From Rhodospirillales bacterium (GTDB lineage Bacteria; Pseudomonadota; Alphaproteobacteria; Acetobacterales; Acetobacteraceae), in NCBI GenBank assembly GCA_043746675.1, contig JAYTQP010000115.1, positions 1 through 26,425 of the forward strand: a DNA stretch of 26,425 nt, given 5' to 3'. The notes beneath the pieces are model-generated. The model was not told the origin of the DNA. It made no database searches and saw nothing but the letters and a program-made list of their open reading frames with translations. The position numbers were made by a program, and so were the translations under genes. How positions within the stretch are numbered: the stretch's first letter is position 1; each line of letters starts with the position of its first letter. This document shows, piece by piece, positions 23,646 through 26,425 of the stretch.

Positions 23646-26425
23646 ATGAACATCTCCGCCCCGTTCATTGCCCGGCCGATCGCCACCGGCCTGCTGGCGG
23701 TGGCGGTGCTGCTATCCGGCGCGATGGGCTATCGCGCGCTGCCGGCTTCGGCCCTGCCGCAGGTGGATTTCCCCACCATCCAGATCATCACCCAACTGCC
23801 CGGCGCCAGCCCCGATGTGGTCGCCAATTTGATCACCGCCAGCCTGGAACGCCAGTTCGGCCAGATCCAGGGCCTGACCACGATGACCTCCACATCGTCG
23901 GAAGGCACCAGCCAGATCACCTTGCAGTTCTCGCTGGCGCGCGCCATCGACAGCGCGGCGCAGGATGTGCAGGCGGCGATCAACGCGGCGGCCGGAACCT
24001 TGCCGGCGACGCTGCCGTATCCACCGGTTTATTCCAAGGTGAACCCGGCCGATGCGCCGATCATGTCGCTGGCGCTGACGTCCGACAGTATCACGCTTGA
24101 TCGGGTGTCGGACGCCGCGGACACGCTGCTGCAACCGAAGCTGGCCGAGATCGACGGCGTCGGCAAGGTCAGCGTGCAGGGCAACATGCGGCCGGCGGTG
24201 CGGGTGCGGGTCGATCCGGCGCGGCTGGCCAGCTACGGGCTATCGATGGAGGATGTGCGGGCCACCATCGCGGCGGCCAATGTGAACGGCGCCAAGGGCG
24301 GCTTCGATGGACCGCGGCAGGCGATCGCGCTGGGGACCAACGATCAGATCCTGTCGCCGGATGATTATAATTCGCTGGTGATCGCCTGGCGCAACAATGC
24401 GCCGGTGCGGCTGGCCAATGTCGGCACCGTGGTCGGCGGGCTGGAAAACAACCGTGCCGCTGCCTGGTACTATGATGGTAACACTGCCGCCCAGCCGGCG
24501 GTGGTGCTGGATATTCAGCGCCAGCCGGGCGCCAACATCGTCGAGACCGTGGCCCGCATCCAGGCCACCTTGCCGGTGCTGCAACGCGCCATGCCGGCCG
24601 GGGTAAAACTTTCGATCGTGACCGACCGGACCGAAACCATCCGCGCCAGCGTGCGCGACGTGGAATATACCCTGGTGCTGTCGATCGTGCTGGTTGTGGG
24701 GGTGATCTTCCTGTTCCTGCGCAGTTGGCGGGCGACCCTGATCCCGGCGGTGGCGCTGCCGCTGTCGCTGATCGGCACCTTCGGGGTGATGGCGCTGCTG
24801 GGCTACGGGTTGGATAATCTGTCGCTGATGGCGCTGACGGTGGCGACCGGCTTCGTGGTGGACGACGCCATCGTGATGATCGAAAACGTTGTGCGCTACA
24901 TCGAGGCCGGCAAGTCGCCGTTGCAGGCGGCGTATGAAGGCGCGGCGCAGATCGGTTTCACCATCGTGTCGCTGACCGTCTCGCTGATCGCGGTGTTCAT
25001 CCCGCTGCTGTTCATGACCGGGGTGGTCGGACGCTTGTTCAGCGAGTTTGCCGTCACGCTGTCGGTGGCGGTGATCGTGTCGGCGGTGATTTCGCTGACG
25101 CTCATGCCGATGATGTGCGGGCGGCTGCTGCGCCCGCATGCCGAAGATCGGCCTGGGGCGCTGTCGCGCTGGTTCGAACGCGGGTTCGACATGGCGCTGC
25201 TCGGCTATAAAGCCAGCCTGGAATGGTCGCTGCGGCATCAGCGTTTCACGTTGACCGTGGCGGTGGCGACCCTGATCGGCACCGGCATTCTTTACGTGAT
25301 CGTGCCGAAAGGCTTTCTGCCGTTGCAGGATACCGGCGTGATCGTGGCGGTAACCGAAGCCGACCCGTCGATTTCGATCGCCGGGATGACCGCGTTGCAG
25401 GCGCAGGCGGCGGCGATCGTGCAGCGCGACCCCGACGTGTCGGCGGTGATTTCCTTCGTCGGCGCCGGCGCCATCAACCCGACCCCGAACACCGGCCGGC
25501 TGACCATTTCATTGAAGCCGCGCGACAATGGCCGGGCTTCGGCGCAGAGTATTGCCGCCCGGCTGACCAATGCGCTGGCGGTGGTGCCGGGACTGACGGT
25601 GTTCACCCAGCCGGTGCAGGACATCCAGATCGGCACCCGGATTTCGCGCACCCAGTTCCAGTACACGCTGATGGATACGGACGCCGCCGAACTGGCGAAA
25701 TGGACCCCGCTGCTGCTGGCAAAACTCTCCGGCGTGCCCGATCTGCGCGACGTGGCGTCCGATCAGCAGGATGGCGGGTTTCGGGTGATCGTGCGGGTCG
25801 ATCGGGACGCGGCGATGCGGCTGGGCGTTTCCATGCAGGCGATCCAGGACGCGCTGTACGACAGTTTTGGCCAGCGCCAGGTTTCCACCATCTTCGCCCA
25901 GGCGAACCAGTACCGGGTGGTGCTGGAAGCCAATCCGGCCTGGCAGAGCGATCCGAACGCGCTGCTGCTGCTGCGCATTCCCGGCACCGGCGGGGCGCAA
26001 ATCCCGCTCAACACCATCGCCGCCATCGCGCGCACCACCGCGCCGCTGGTGATCACCCATGAAGCGCAGTTCCCATCGGTCACCATCAGCTTCAACCTCG
26101 CGGCCGGCGGCGCGCTGGGTGCGGCGGTGGATGCAATCGCGGCGGCGGAGGCCGCTATCGGCCTGCCCGACACGATTTCCGGCAGCTATTCCGGCGATGC
26201 GGCGGAGTTTCAGAAGTCGCTGGCGGCCGAGCCCTGGCTGATCCTGGCCGCCATCCTGGTGATCTACATCGTGCTGGGGGTGCTGTACGAAAGCACGATC
26301 CATCCGGTGACGATCCTTTCCACCCTGCCGTCGGCCGGCATTGGCGCGGTGCTGGCACTGATGCTGGTGGGCGCCGATCTGTCGCTGGTGGCGCTGGTCG
26401 GCATCGTGCTGCTGATGGGCATCGT
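23646..26425 (+). CDS. mdtB: RND efflux transporter, MdtB-like (runs off the window end)
   Basis: Hand translation: MNISAPFIARPIATGLL, LPQVDFPTIQ, LERQFGQIQGL, YSKVNPADAPI, GFVVDDAIVMIEN (proton-relay Asp pair); the window end is in frame as ESTIHPVTILSTLPSAGIGA...LLMGIV. Confidence 0.9.
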   Translation, partial: MNISAPFIARPIATGLLAVAVLLSGAMGYRALPASALPQVDFPTIQIITQLPGASPDVVANLITASLERQFGQIQGLTTMTSTSSEGTSQITLQFSLARAIDSAAQDVQAAINAAAGTLPATLPYPPVYSKVNPADAPIMSLALTSDSITLDRVSDAADTLLQPKLAEIDGVGKVSVQGNMRPAVRVRVDPARLASYGLSMEDVRATIAAANVNGAKGGFDGPRQAIALGTNDQILSPDDYNSLVIAWRNNAPVRLANVGTVVGGLENNRAAAWYYDGNTAAQPAVVLDIQRQPGANIVETVARIQATLPVLQRAMPAGVKLSIVTDRTETIRASVRDVEYTLVLSIVLVVGVIFLFLRSWRATLIPAVALPLSLIGTFGVMALLGYGLDNLSLMALTVATGFVVDDAIVMIENVVRYIEAGKSPLQAAYEGAAQIGFTIVSLTVSLIAVFIPLLFMTGVVGRLFSEFAVTLSVAVIVSAVISLTLMPMMCGRLLRPHAEDRPGALSRWFERGFDMALLGYKASLEWSLRHQRFTLTVAVATLIGTGILYVIVPKGFLPLQDTGVIVAVTEADPSISIAGMTALQAQAAAIVQRDPDVSAVISFVGAGAINPTPNTGRLTISLKPRDNGRASAQSIAARLTNALAVVPGLTVFTQPVQDIQIGTRISRTQFQYTLMDTDAAELAKWTPLLLAKLSGVPDLRDVASDQQDGGFRVIVRVDRDAAMRLGVSMQAIQDALYDSFGQRQVSTIFAQANQYRVVLEANPAWQSDPNALLLLRIPGTGGAQIPLNTIAAIARTTAPLVITHEAQFPSVTISFNLAAGGALGAAVDAIAAAEAAIGLPDTISGSYSGDAAEFQKSLAAEPWLILAAILVIYIVLGVLYESTIHPVTILSTLPSAGIGAVLALMLVGADLSLVALVGIVLLMGI

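Noticed and set aside
20953-26425. RND operon as the exporter of the giant protein
   Set aside because: It is an Mdt-type small-molecule RND pump; protein type I secretion needs an ABC ATPase with an HlyD-type adaptor, which is not present.

Overview
High-GC alphaproteobacterial chromosome segment; the gene set and an A/T-tract palindromic repeat suggest Acetobacteraceae (inference). From left to right: a membrane HAMP-PAS signalling protein cut by the window edge; a stand-alone PcaH-like intradiol dioxygenase; an apparently frameshifted hypothetical gene bracketed by two kinds of short palindromic repeat; a PEP-CTERM gene followed by a ~1240-aa SdrD-B-repeat surface protein with nested insertions and a Ser/Gly/Asp tandem-repeat loop; a stand-alone Lys/Ala/Pro histone-H1-like gene; prpD-prpC without prpB; an allantoinase-like amidohydrolase; a DUF983-UPF0262-mtnA-dedA cluster; a livG-F-K-H-M ABC transporter behind a sigma54-type site; and an OMF-MdtA-MdtB RND efflux operon cut by the right edge. 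The first and last genes are absent from the ORF track because they have no stop codon in the window; I translated them by hand. No tRNA, rRNA, CRISPR array, transposase or integrase was seen. The most unusual signals are the PEP-CTERM/giant-protein pair, the free-standing H1-like protein, two intergenic PhaR-box-like 12-mers, an orphan plus-strand terminator, and the repeat-bracketed degenerate gene. All family calls come from motif recognition, not database searches.
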